From: Octopus sinensis
Lineage: Eukaryota
Direction of reading: 5' to 3'
DNA: 64,000 nucleotides
Assembly: GCF_006345805.1 (NCBI RefSeq)
Contig: NW_021833423.1
Span: 1-64,000 of the forward strand
Shown: positions 51,712-64,000 of the stretch, in pieces
Layout of the letters: each line of letters opens with the position of its first letter
Numbering within the stretch: position 1 is the stretch's first letter
Notes under the pieces: model-generated
What the model was told of the DNA's origin: nothing
Databases searched by the model: none
Seen by the model: the letters and a program-made list of their open reading frames with translations, nothing else
Translations under genes and position numbers: made by a program

Positions 51712-53950
51712 AGGCGGTGAGCTGGCAGAAACATTAGCGCACAGGAAGGAATGCTTAGCGGTATTTTCTTTGCCGCTACGTTCTGAGTTCAAATTCCGCC
51801 GAAGTCGACTTTGCCTTTCATCCTTTCGGGGTCGATTAAATAAGTACCAGTTACGCACTGGGGTCGATATAATCGACTTAATCCTTTTGTCTGTCCTTGT
51901 TTGTCCCCTCTGTGCGTAGCCCCTTGTGGACAGTAAAGAAATAGGTATTTCGCACGTCGCTACGTTCTGAATTCAAATTCCACTGAGGTTGACTTTGCAT
52001 TTCATCCTTTCGGGGTCGATAAATTAAGTACCACTAAAACGCTGGAGTCGATGTAATCGATTATCTCCCTCCCCAAAATTTCATGCCTTGTGCCTATAGT
52101 AAAATGAATTATTTCCATCTGCAGAATCGTTACCTTTCAGCATTTGTTCTAACTCTATAAGTTCTGAGTTCACATCCGTCCGAGGACAACTATACCTTTG
52201 TCTTTCCGAGAATCGATAAAACAAAACAGTTAAATACTGTGCTCGATTAAATCGACTAATAACTCCTTACAAAATTTCAAACCCTGTACCTAGAAAGAAT
52301 TAGAAAGATATAATTAAAATCCTTTTAAAAGCAGAAAAATTTGCCGGCAAATTTTTCTGTTTTTAATAGGATTTTATCTTTTATATATACTGTTCAGTAT
52401 TTACGTGTTGAAAAAAGATATCATTCTACTTGTTCTACAATACATTTCAACGCTTCAAAACAAATTTATGTTTGTTTGCATATGACGTCATCTAGAAAGA
52501 GTCATTTCCATCATTTACTTTTGGTATTATTGAGCTTTGTCGTTAAAGCTGACAGAATCGTTAGCACATCTGACAAAATGCTTAACGGCATTTCTTCCAG
52601 CTCTTTAAGATCTGAATTCAAATTCCACCAAAGTCGAATTTACCTTTTTATCTTTGCGGGGTCGATAAAAAAGTACCAATTGAGTAATAGGGTCGATGTA
52701 ATCGACTTTACCCAGTTATTTAAAGATTGCTGGCCTTATATTTAAAATTTGAACCCATTTAAGGCGGAGCACTGCGGCATTTTTCCTAGTCTTACGGTCT
52801 GAGTTCAAATACCGTCGAGATCGACTTTGCCTTTTATCCTTTCGAAATCGATAAAATATGTACAAGTTGAGCATTGGAGTCGATGTAATTGACTAACTAC
52901 TGCCCCAGATTCCAGGCTTTGTTGCTAAAGTAAAAATAATTATTGCGTTTCATAATTGATATTGTTACTTGTCGACTTTTGTTCTATTTTTCTGTTCCGA
53001 CCTTTTTTCACTGTTTCTCGTTCTTATTCATTCTTTTGACGTCGTTATTGCTGTTATCGTAATTAATCTTTCGTTGTTGTCGATGCTACTGACGTAACTG
53101 GCGTTGTAATTATTTCAATATATGGAGCTGTTAAGGCGGCGAGCTGGCAGAAACGTTAGCACACCGGGCGAAGTGCTTAGCGGTATTTCGTTTGCCGTAA
53201 CTTTCTGAGTTCAAATTCCGCCGAGGTTGACTTTGCTTTTCATCCTTTCGGGGTCGATAAATTAAGTACCAGTTACGCACTGGGGTCGATATAATCGACT
53301 TAATCCGTCTGCCAGTCCTTGTTTGTCTCCTCTGTGTTTAGCCCGTTGTAGGTAGTAAAGAAGTAGGTATTTCGTCTGCCGCTAAGTTCTGAGTTCAAAA
53401 TCCTCCGAGGTCGACTTTGCCTTTCATCCTTTCGGGGTCAATTAAATAAGTACCAGTTACGCACTGGGGTCGATATAATCGACTTAATCCGTTTGTTTGT
53501 CCTTGTTTGTCCCCTCTGTGTGTAGCCCCTTGTGGGCAGTAAAGAAATAAGAAACGTTAGTATGTCGGGCGAAATGCTTAGCGGTATTTCGTCTGTCTTT
53601 ACGTTCTGAGTTCAAATTCCGCCGAGGTTGATTTTGCCTTCCATACTTTCGGAGTGGCTAAATAAAGTACCAGTTGCATATCAGGGTCGATGTAATTGAG
53701 TGGCCCCCCTTCCCCCAAAATTTCGGGCTTGTACCTAGAGTAGAAAAGAATAAATAGCGCTGGTAGAATTGTTACCAGGCCGGAAAAATTGCTTAGCGGC
53801 ATTACGTTCTGAGTTCAAAATCTCCCGAAGTCGATTTTGTTTTTCATCCTTTCGTGGTTGATAAAATAAATGTCAGTTAAACACTACGATCCAGGTAATC
53901 GACTTACCGCTGTCCCCAAAATTGGTGGTCGTATACCAAATTTTGAACCA
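51712..53950 (+). mobile_element. Cluster of co-oriented SINE family B units
   Basis: About 9 TTCTGAGTTCAAAT..GACTTTGC..TCGGGGTCGAT units at 51712-52300, 52545-52945 and 53133-53950. Confidence 0.9.
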
Positions 53951-54061
53951 GTATAAGTAACCGTCGATTAATACTTACCAACTCCATCGGCTCCATATAA
54001 CATACATAAGCCATAACATCAATACTACCCCACAAACAACATGCCCAGATAATTATTCCAG

Positions 54062-54067
54062 TACACA

Positions 54068-54136
<69 letters not shown>

Positions 54137-54442
54137 TGGAACTAACAGTCGTAAATGTGAAAACATAGGTGTGTATCTGTACACAAAAAACTATGTACAT
54201 ATATATGTATACAAACACTCATACAAGCATAGATATATAATATCTCGGTCGTTCTCTCCTCTCTCTCCTTCTCTCGCTTCCACTAGTAGTAGTAGTAGTA
54301 ATAGTAATATATATATACATGCACACAGATTTATGGGTGTACATACATGTACATACATGCATAAATATGCACAACCTATTAAATGTGCACACATTTGTAG
54401 ACACACACACATATACGAGTGCGCGTAAACGTATACATATAC

Positions 54443-54473
<31 letters not shown>

Positions 54474-54651
54474 GAAAAAAGTGAAAGGGGTTTGTATGCG
54501 TGTGTGTGTGTGTGTGTACACACCCATCTTATATCCTATCACAGAGATACACATATAGGTACACAAAGAAACATATAAACAGTTATATAAGTACACTCAA
54601 ATAGATATGAAAGGTGTGATAAAAGTAAAACACCGAACACTGCCTATTATC

Positions 54652-54682
<31 letters not shown>

Positions 54683-54893
54683 CCATCATCGTCATCATCA
54701 TCATCATCGTCGTCAACATTATCCCCATGCAGACCCAGCCCAGCTTCCTACCCCACAAACCTTTACACATACTTCTCTCCCAGTCTTCATAACACCATCG
54801 GTGTAAACTCAATTTACTCTGCACTGATTCAAGATTAAACTCATCTCTTTTGGCATTCAATCAAGGCTACACACGCGCGCACACAAACGCAAG

Positions 54894-54926
<33 letters not shown>

Positions 54927-55107
54927 CACACACACACCACACACACACTCACACACACTCACACACGCAAACACACACACTCACACACACTGAAGCATAT
55001 GGTTAATGCTTCAATTAAACATACTTATGATAATGTATATTTGTGTGTGTATACCTATATCAATCTCTCTCTCTCTCTCTCACCCACTCTCTCTCTCTAT
55101 CTATCTA

Positions 55108-55148
<41 letters not shown>

Positions 55149-55230
55149 GTGTGTGTGTATATATGTATTGGATATACATATCTGAATGTATGTATGTGTG
55201 TATATAAATATGAGTGTGTATATGTGTACA
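54062..55230. repeat. (CA)n, (CAT)n, (CT)n, (TA)n microsatellites
   Basis: Directly visible. Confidence 0.9.
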
Positions 55231-55644
55231 ATATATTTCTGTGTGAGCATTTAAGTTTCCAAACGAAAGAAAAGAGTACTCAATACATTTATAGAGTATC
55301 CAATTGAAAATCTAGTAGTGAATTACTCCTTTGTTACTCAGAGTTTCACACGAAAGCTATACCTGCGGTCTCAGACAATTTATGGTGAACGAATCAGCAA
55401 CACTATAGACTGAACCAAAGCGGTTAAAATAACTCATGTGATCGAATGTGAAGCAGGTGAAAGGTGTTGATGACTCGAGTATTTTGAAGTGAATGAAGAC
55501 CATCGATTTCAAACGTATAGTGAAATATCAAATAAGAATAATCACACTACGTTTCTCATTGGATCGATAGCTATTAAACCCAATCCTTGGATTTTGAGGT
55601 GTCTGCACGCTGTCCAGGAGGAAACTCGTTCGATGATGTGTGTT

Positions 55645-55860
55645 ACGTTTTATACTTGTTTCTGTCATTGGACAGCGGCCATTCTGGGCCACCACCTTGA
55701 TGGATCTCCTTAGTCGAAAAGATCAATCCCAGTACATATTTTAAAAAAAATATATAACTGGCACTTATTATATCGATCACTTTTTCCGAATCGCTGTGTT
55801 ATGAGGACGTAAACAATCCACTACCGGTTGCTAAGCGGGGCAGGGCAGATACAAGCACCA
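55645..55860 (-). mobile_element. SINE family A 3' half, diverged
   Basis: TACTTGTTTCTGTCATTGGACAGCGGCCAT..GGACGTAAACA. Confidence 0.7.
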
Positions 55861-55971
55861 AGACATGCACCCGTGTGCACACAGCACACAGCTATGACTT
55901 CTGCCTTTGACTGCTAATTGCCTCCATGACTGTTTCAGAAATATATATATATATATATATATACAGAGAGA

Positions 55972-56043
<72 letters not shown>

Positions 56044-56943
56044 GCCAGCAGTTACCCCAAGAAGGGGGGAAAAATGAAGGGAACTAATTTCGCCCTTTCG
56101 AATAAACACACTACAACTTTTCTTCCCGTGAGGTCCAGCAAAAATCCGTTGGCGTAATGAGTTAACTTACACTTTTATTTGATCACTTTCAAAGTCAACA
56201 ATCACATTTTAAACTATTGCAAAGTCCTTTCTTCTCAATCCGTTGATGTTTTTGTGCTGACCAAATGATCAATTGATTGATTGTAAATTATGTTTACTTT
56301 ACACATGAATAAACAGAATAAACATATATAAAAATTGTTTTGAGCGATTTCATGCCTGCACCGCATATGAACAATATATATTTATATCCGTTAATGTTCA
56401 TAATGTATATATATATATAAAAGAAAACTTGTTCTGTTTCTATTGATTGCGGCCTTGAGTAACTCGTTTGAAAGGCTGGAGTTGCGTTTAGAATGAATTA
56501 ATCTGAACTCATAAAGCATTGATTGTCGCACTGCTTTCCTTTACCAAGGAAGGCACGGCGTTTTCCCCTAGCTGGTGGCTACGGTGAAAGACGAACTTTT
56601 TTAATTGGTCTCCTCTCGTGTCTTTCTATTTCTTTTACTTTTTTTTTTTTCACTTTTCAAATATTTCTATCTTATTATCGATCTTTCTATTGTTGGTGCT
56701 GTTTAGACCGAGGTAATTCCTTATTGAACAGACCTATGACGAAAGGCAGTCAACCGATGGTCCTCTTGTCGTTTTAGACACAGTCGCTCTCGAAATAGAT
56801 CATTCAATATGTTCTTCCTTTTCTAAAGACAGTCGAATAATCACAAAGTGACATACTCGTGGGATAGTCTGATGTCTTTATCTAGAAGTCTTTATATTTG
56901 CATCAGTTTACCAAGATGGCTTTATTACACATATTTAGTAATA

Positions 56944-57118
56944 CTTTCGTTGTTGTCGATGCTACTGACGTAACTGGCGTTGTAATTATTTCAATATATG
57001 GAGCTGTTAAGGCGGCGAGCTGGCAGAAACGTTAGCACGCCGGGCGAAGTGCTTAGCGGTATTTCGTTTGCCGTAACGTTCTGAGTTCAAATTCCGCCTG
57101 GGTCGACTTGCTTTCATT
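56944..57118 (+). repeat. Local duplication of 53068-53245 (unique flank + SINE B head)
   Basis: CTTTCGTTGTTGTCGATGCTACTGACGTAACTGGCGTTGTAATTATTTCAATATATGGAGCTGTTAAGGCGGCGAGCTGG identical at both sites. Confidence 0.9.
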
Positions 57119-57285
57119 CTATATATTTTATCTTTGAAAATAACGACTCGTCCGAAACGTCGTTATCTCTTCTGTTTCTTTGCGGAAAATACATAAACTT
57201 TGTTAGTAATTTTATTTGTTTACTTTTTTTAAATTTACCTCCTGGACTAACTGACCAACGGAGACCAAAGCATGTCGAATGTATA

Positions 57286-57326
<41 letters not shown>

Positions 57327-57433
57327 GTGTGTATGTGCGTGTGTGTGTGTGCGTGTGTGTGTGTGTTAAATAAAATGAGACAACAAAGCCAAAGCAGTGT
57401 GAAAATTCTAGGACTTTTATAAAGAGAAAGATA

Positions 57434-57481
57434 GTCTTACAGCTGTTTCAGGGATATGAGGGATATCCCTTCATCAGAGAC
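57434..57481 (-). ncRNA. Minimal type-I hammerhead ribozyme, canonical core
   Basis: GUCU-CUGAUGA-AGGGAUAU cccuc AUAUCCCU-GAAAC-AGCU-GUA-AGAC: all core nucleotides intact, 8-bp stem II, palindromic helix III. Confidence 0.9.
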
Positions 57482-57819
57482 GATATGAGAGAGTTAAATA
57501 GAAGGAAATAGTTGAGTTCAATATAAGAAGTCATTTTGGAAAGGGAGGGATAAAGGAAGTATAAAGGAAAATATGAGAATAAAAATAAAAATGTATGTTG
57601 GATGTTACAGTTGCAGTTCCGTTATCCAAGGAATGTGCTGTGTAGAATAAGTCTACATACCATGGACAAGAAGTCTCTTTACTCACATACACGCTCATAC
57701 ACGACTCGCGTTAGCCTCCTCATGCTATTATCGAACCGGGAATCTAACAGCGGTCCTTCAGTAGCACTCTCATAGCCTTACTTGCTTTTGGGTCTTCTGG
57801 ATACCAAAACCTCTCATAC

Positions 57820-57850
<31 letters not shown>

Positions 57851-57883
57851 TGTATGTATGTATGTATGTATGTATGTATGTAT

Positions 57884-58165
57884 GCGTGTATTCGGCATCG
57901 TGCGTACAGCTGACCACGTCCGCCAGTGCTCTCAATCGCTGGCAGTCCCGTGCCAACCCCTCTGCATCCTCCAAGATGACATCCAGCCTCTGGAGATCTT
58001 CTTTAATCACGTCCAGCCATCCGGTGCGGTATCTGCCAAGGGCCTCTTCCAGCCCTCAGTTGCTGCATCGAACGAAAGCAAGGCCCTCTTAGGATGATCT
58101 GGCATAAAGAGGAGGGTGAGTTCGTACCAGCGCATGCTCTAAAGCCTCGACCAATTTGCGTCCTG
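57884..58165 (-). mobile_element. RTE-like LINE 3' tip ending in (CATA)n
   Basis: GRGPWQ..HRM.., IKEDLQRLDVILEDAEGLARDCQRLRAL resembles the RTE GRP..W...D...A.DR..WR end. Confidence 0.6.
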
Positions 58166-58219
58166 TAATATATATATATATTTAGGTATGAACGTATACA
58201 TATAAACATGTGTATGTGT

Positions 58220-58455
58220 GTGCTGAGGCCAGTGACCGAGCAATTGTACTCACAATCGCATGGTCATGGTTTCGATTTCCGGACCGGGCGCTACTTTGAG
58301 TTTATGAGCAGGAGACTTCTCTTTCCGATGTTTCAGTCTACTCAGTTGTGAATGAGTAACCCTGCTCAAACCGGCACCTTGTTCAGGGAGGATGATTTGA
58401 TCTCGGTCAATTATACGCTACGGAAACCGGGTGACCAGTCCTGAGTCCTAACTCG
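58220..58455 (+). mobile_element. tRNA-derived SINE, diverged
   Basis: GGTTTCGATTTCCGGACCGGGCG B-box region. Confidence 0.6.
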
Positions 58456-59020
58456 AAATTTTGATGGAGGGTGGGCGCAGTCGATTAGAACTATCCCAAT
58501 ACACAACTGGTACTTAATTTATCTACCCCCGAAAGGAGGAAAGGCAAAGTCGTCCTCGGCGGAATTTGAACTCAGAACCTTGTGCTAACGTTTCTGCCAG
58601 CTCGCACCCTTATGTCCTTTTCAATATTACTACAGTATAATTAAAGCTGACGAGCTGGCAGAATCGTCTGTTTTTACATTCTGAGTTCAAATTCTGCCGA
58701 GACTGACTATGCCTTTCATCCAATCGGGTTCGATAAAATAAGTACCAATCGAGTGAACCCCTCTCCCAAAATTGCTGGCCCTCTGCCAAAATTTGTAACC
58801 AATATTACAACGTCGTCATTAAAGGCAACGAGCTGGCAGAACTGTTAGCACGTCGGGCTTAATAGCATTCCGTCCGTCTTTACGTTCTGAGCTTAAATTC
58901 CGCCGAGGTCGATGTTGCCTTTCATCCTTTCGGGGGTCGATAAAATAAGTACCAGTCGAGTACTGAATACTGAAGCCAATTTTATCGGTTTACTCCATCC
59001 TTTGAAACTACTGGCCTTGA
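58455..59020. mobile_element. SINE family B cluster (one minus, two plus copies)
   Basis: GAGCTGGCAGAA heads at about 58603 (minus), 58652 and 58830. Confidence 0.8.
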
Positions 59021-59485
59021 ATATTACTCTGATATTATGATACCTACATAACTGTGTTTATAATGTCACAGCACACAGCTTACAGCAACACTCACTACAC
59101 TGCTTGCTGTATTATTAAGTATTCAACGACGTTCACTGCTGCTGTTTGCCAGGTGCACGTCTGCACATCTGCATGCAGCTAACTGTATATAGCACTGTGG
59201 TAGCAGTGGAGAAGACTCATGACAATGTTTGTCTGTATAAGCAATTGTATATATGTACGTGAGAATATACGCATAATTATGCATGAACGAGTGTATTTGT
59301 CTCATAAATACAGAGTTAAATAAATAGATAGATAGACAGATAGATAGATAGATAGATAGACAGATAGACCTTTATGTATGTAAATATATGCTAAGATATA
59401 TATATATATACTTACATATTTACAAACAGACAGACACACATACACACACTCACACTCCTATATATATATGCATACATACAAATAT

Positions 59486-59529
<44 letters not shown>

Positions 59530-59567
59530 TGGTGGGAGTGAGGGAGAGAGGGAGGGAGGGAGAGAGT

Positions 59568-59908
59568 TGCAGGAGTAGCTGAGTGGTAAGAAGCTTGCTT
59601 CCCTTTCACATGTTTCCGGGTTCAGTTCCACTGCGTGGCATCCGCGAGCCGACCACAGCCTTGTGGTGAATGAATTTGGTACGCAGAAACTGTATGTATG
59701 TATTGGTGTGCTTGTGTTTGTCCCCTCACCAGTGCATGACAACCGATGTTGGTGTGCTTACGTCGCCGTAAACTAGCGGTTAGGCCCTAAGAGACCGATA
59801 CAATAAGTACTAGGCTTATTAGAGATAAGACCTGGGGTCGATCTATTCGACTTAAAAGGCGGTGCTCCAGCACGGCGGCTGTCAAATGACTGAAACAAGT
59901 AAAAGAGT
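59568..59908 (+). mobile_element. SINE family A, near full length
   Basis: GCAGGAGTAGCTGAGTGGTAAG..GGGTTCAGTTCC..AAATGACTGAAACAAGTAAAAGAG. Confidence 0.88.
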
Positions 59909-59910
59909 GT

Positions 59911-59944
<34 letters not shown>

Positions 59945-59967
59945 ATATATGTGTATATATAATATAT

Positions 59968-60009
<42 letters not shown>

Positions 60010-60011
<2 letters not shown>

Positions 60012-60329
60012 TGAGTGAAAGAGCGTCGAGCTTACGATCGTGAGGTTGTGAGCTCGAATCCCGGACCGGGCTGCGTGATGTGTTCTTGAGCAAGACGCTT
60101 TATTTCACGTTGTTCCAGTTATTTCAGCTGTAGAAATGAGTTCCGACGTCACAGGTGCCAAGCTGTATCGGTCCTTGCCTTTTCCTTGGATAACACTGGT
60201 GACGTGGAGAGGGGAGGCCGGTATGCATGGGCGTCTGCTGCCCTTCCATAAAACAACCTTGCCCAGACTTGTGCCTCAGACCGTAACTCTCTAGGTGCAA
60301 GCCCATGGTCAGTGTCTGACCGAAGGGGG

Positions 60330-60331
<2 letters not shown>
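60010..60331 (+). mobile_element. SINE family D
   Basis: B-box-like GCTCGAATCCC, TTCTTGAGCAAGAC, then GGTGCCAAGCTGTA..TTGGAT..GGAGAGGGGA body. Confidence 0.85.
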
Positions 60332-60394
<63 letters not shown>

Positions 60395-61110
60395 GTCTAT
60401 AAAAATATACTCAAACTTTTTTAATATGACTTTGAAACATATTTAAGTTTAAATGTATCTATCATCATAAGCAAATATTTGTGTCCGAATGATTATATGT
60501 ATGTGAGAATCTTACTGCATGTATACGCAGTTTGATTATATATGTGATTATTTGTTTCTTTATATATACATGTAAATGTATGTTTTATCTTTATATATTT
60601 CGTGGAAGAGTCTGCGTGCCTGTGGATCCTACAGGCCGTTCCCAGATGGGTAAAATTGTCATAGTTTATGTAACACCCAAGGTGTTAAGTGATGATGGCT
60701 GAAGGGCAAAAAAAAAATAGGCTGGGGATGAGAATTCCAAAGGGTCGATAATCTTAGGTAGAATGAACTGGGCTTAGTGATTAATAAGCATGCCTTAGGG
60801 GGAGGTTATAGAATGGGTAACGAGAGGATGTGCGACGGGTGCACTGGAAACGCCTGAAGGGTAGTGGTACGTGGCAAGTTCCAGGGAAAACTTATGTGCC
60901 GAAGGAATAAATTACGTTGACGCCAACACATCAACTCCAGTTATCAAGTGGTGGTCGTGGGGACAAACACAGTCGCACACACTCACACAGACACACACAT
61001 TCATAAATATATTTATACAGGTATACACACACATACACATATGTGTGTATGTGTGTGTATACATACATATATATATATATGTATGTATGTATACAATCAC
61101 GCATACAAAC

Positions 61111-61152
<42 letters not shown>

Positions 61153-61355
61153 ATGTATATATATATATAATCACGCGTACAAACTTATATATAGAGAGAG
61201 ACACATATATATATATATACTCGTGCGCACTCACTCACACACACACATATGCACACACACAATAATGTACGGGATTAAGAATTTCGTTCCGAAACCACAT
61301 GGTTTCGGATTCATTTCTTTATTCATACTACTTGTCTGTTTCTGGGTGTAATATA

Positions 61356-61389
<34 letters not shown>

Positions 61390-61579
61390 CCTCTTTTTGT
61401 CACTTGTCAGTTAACCACCGGTGTTGGTTTGTTTGTGACCCTGTAATATAGCAGTTCAGCATTTGTAAAAATAATAAAATATGTCCTGGAAACTATTTGA
61501 ACCCCTAAATCCTTCCAGACAGTACTCAGCATAGCTGTGGTCCAATAGCTGGGACATCTAAAGAATAAAAGAAAAAGTA

Positions 61580-61614
61580 TAGACAGACAGACAGACAGAT
61601 AGATAGATAGATAG

Positions 61615-61671
<57 letters not shown>

Positions 61672-61765
61672 TGTTTCTTTATTAGCCACACAGGGCTGAA
61701 CACAGATTGGACAAATTACAGAGTAGAGCTTAATAGATAGATAGGTAGGTAGGTAGGTAGGTAGA
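61580..61765. repeat. (GACA)n/(GATA)n/(GGTA)n
   Basis: Directly visible. Confidence 0.9.
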
Positions 61766-62509
61766 GATATAAGGATGTTACATTTCAATATGTATCACAG
61801 ATATACTGTATCGTAACCATGTGCATCAAAACACTGTTACGGTGTATAATGTGGCTGTGCACATTACTTACGACGATGTTCACTACACAGACTGGTGCAG
61901 GTTGTCAGGTGCATATCTGCATGCAGCCAACTGTGTATGGGTATTTCAAGTGCAGTCGGTAAATGTTCGTGTCAAAGCATGTCCCTGTGAACGAACTCGC
62001 GTGTGAATACGAACACGTACTTATAGTGGTTATGTATGTGTAAATTTCTTAGCGTGTACATGTGTGTGTATAGCTATGTGAGCGCGTAAGTACAGGCATG
62101 TGTTAGTGTTTCGATGTGTTTATGTGGAAGTGAGTATGAGTGATGTGTGAATGTGTATCGTGTGTTAACATGAGATGTACGCGTTTGTGATTTTGTCTCG
62201 CTGTTGACGATTCAGCTGTATAGAATTAATTCTCGTGGTTTTTGGTTTAACACTACATACCCGAGTTCAAATCATGCCGAAGGCGACATTGCCGTTCATT
62301 CTTTTTTTTTTTTTTTTTCTTTCTTACTTGTTTCGGTCATTGGACAGCTACCATGCAGGAGCACCGCCTTGATTGAAGGGTTTGGTCGAACAACCGACCA
62401 CAGTACTAATTCATTTAAATCTGGTACTTATTCTATCGATCTCTTTGGCCGAAATACAAAATTACGGAAAAGTATTCAAACAAATGGAATAATACGGAAT
62501 CTCAGCTCT

Positions 62510-62587
62510 AACATTTTTGTTAAGATTTTTTTGTTAAGATTTTTTTAAAGATTTATGTTAAGATTTTTTTGTTAAGATTTTTTTGTC
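62510..62587. repeat. Short tandem repeat of about 13 bp (TAAGATTTTTTTGT)
   Basis: About 5 imperfect copies. Confidence 0.8.
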
Positions 62588-62674
62588 TCTAAAAGAATCG
62601 TACATTCAAAATAACACACACATGCATAGGCACATACACTCACCCAGGCACGTACACATACCGTTATATTCTTT

Positions 62675-63047
62675 TATCCTTTTACTTATTTCAGTCATTT
62701 GACTGCAGCCATGCTGGAGCACCGCCTTTTGTCGAGCAAGTCGACCCCAGGATGATTCTTTGTAAGCCTGGTACTTATTCTCTCAGTCTCTTTTGCCGAA
62801 CCGCTAAATTACGGAGACGTAAACAGACCAGCTTCGGTTGTCAAGCGTTTTTGGGGCGGGGGGGGGGCAAATACACAAACACATACACACACATACGACA
62901 GGCTTTTTTTAGTTACCAAATCCACTGACAAGGCTTTGGTCGGCGCGAGGCTATAGTAGAAGACACTTGCCCAAGGTCCCACGCAGTGGGACTGAACCCA
63001 GAACCATGTGGTTGGTAAGCAAGCTACTAACCACACAACCACTCCTG
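62675..63047 (-). mobile_element. SINE family A, full length
   Basis: Aligns with 40310-40713. Confidence 0.9.
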
Positions 63048-63389
63048 TGCCTATATGTATATTATATTTTGTGGAATTCTCTTATACGATTCCTGTTTTC
63101 TCAACTAATATTTTTTCTACCTGGTTTCTTGTTTTGTTTTGTAATGTGCTACGATAGTTCTTTCATATCATGAGAAACTGTCGTATCTGTTTGTCCCATA
63201 TAAGTGTTAGTGTCATGAAATGTATAGTGTTTGTATCTACAGTAATTATTAATTAACAAATGAATAACAGAAGAACAGAAGTTATGTAACTAATTACTAA
63301 ATGAAATACAGATTAGTATAATTGATGCAAATTTATTAATACTGCACTGTGCAGGATTCCGCTAAACTATGTCAGCAGCGGGATTTTGA

Positions 63390-63880
63390 AGTTCCTGCTC
63401 ATAAATTAGTGCCGATTATAAGAGGACCCGGTACATGACTCCGGAAAGTCGGTGTTGTCCCTGTATAAACGTCATTTGGACAACGAGGGGAATATGCCAC
63501 CGGTATAGTCAAAAGAACTTCATCAAATTCAAAATTCACCCAATGTTGGAACCACATTCCATACGCCCCCTACACAATTCACACATAAGTTCACTGCAGC
63601 ACAATCAATTTCTTTTCCTCAACAGGTCCTGTTCTGTTTAACATTATCCCAAACCAAATCAAAGAAAAAGATCTCATCACCTTGACACGAAACCTGGTAA
63701 AATTTCTTTAAGGGATACCAGATAAGCCACCTATATCTGGATACATTTCAGTCAACAACAACCCCCTACCTGAATGTGCCATGATACCAAAAACTTGACT
63801 TAAAAATGGATTAACAGATCCTATCAGGCGATGCTATTAACTTAGATACGGCCTGGGCCAGTTTGGGGCTGAAACATATC
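63390..63880 (+). mobile_element. CR1/L2-group LINE 3' fragment
   Basis: TGPVLFNIIPNQIKE.....RNLVKFL*GIPDKP.ISGY matches the GPxLFNxLP...LDKFL..IPD.P end motif. Confidence 0.65.
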
Positions 63881-64000
63881 TAAGTTTATTTAAGTTTATA
63901 TTGTGTTGAGTCAAAAGTTTTGCAGAAGTTCCGGTTCACGGCTCACTTCCTGCACTCGCGAAGCTTCATCAACCATGATGAGTTGGAAGTCTCAGTGAAA

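Noticed and set aside
51712-53950. Regularly recurring repeats resembling a CRISPR array
   Set aside because: Units are about 150-200-bp SINE copies without unique spacers; eukaryotic context, no cas genes
57128-57168. TTGAAAA..GAC/GTCC-GAAAC-GTC HHR-like words
   Set aside because: Helices do not close convincingly; at best very decayed

Overview
AT-rich, repeat-saturated eukaryotic (animal) DNA with no recognisable intact protein-coding gene. The SINE set and the very dense (TA)n/(CA)n/(GATA)n/(TATG)n/(TAA)n microsatellites suggest a cephalopod (Octopus-like) genome; this is an inference. Nearly all ORFs in the track are microsatellite translations or transposon relics. Identifiable content: four tRNA-derived SINE families, Tc1/mariner relics, RTE, CR1/L2-like, HERO-like and R4/Dong-like LINE fragments, a non-autonomous Helitron, and a decayed Penelope-like element (Neptune type; RT plus GIY-YIG). 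The main signal is a set of minimal type-I hammerhead ribozyme (HHR) motifs in short non-coding elements, mostly inserted at dinucleotide microsatellites. One has a perfect canonical core (57434-57481). A young 363-bp, highly structured, retrozyme-like unit sits in tandem plus inverted arrangement (19249-20437) and carries a compensatory U3-A8 core variant. Several decayed or variant cores are also present. A possible first coding exon of a host gene lies at 13618-13690 (minus). Boundaries were read by eye and are approximate unless termini or TSDs are quoted.
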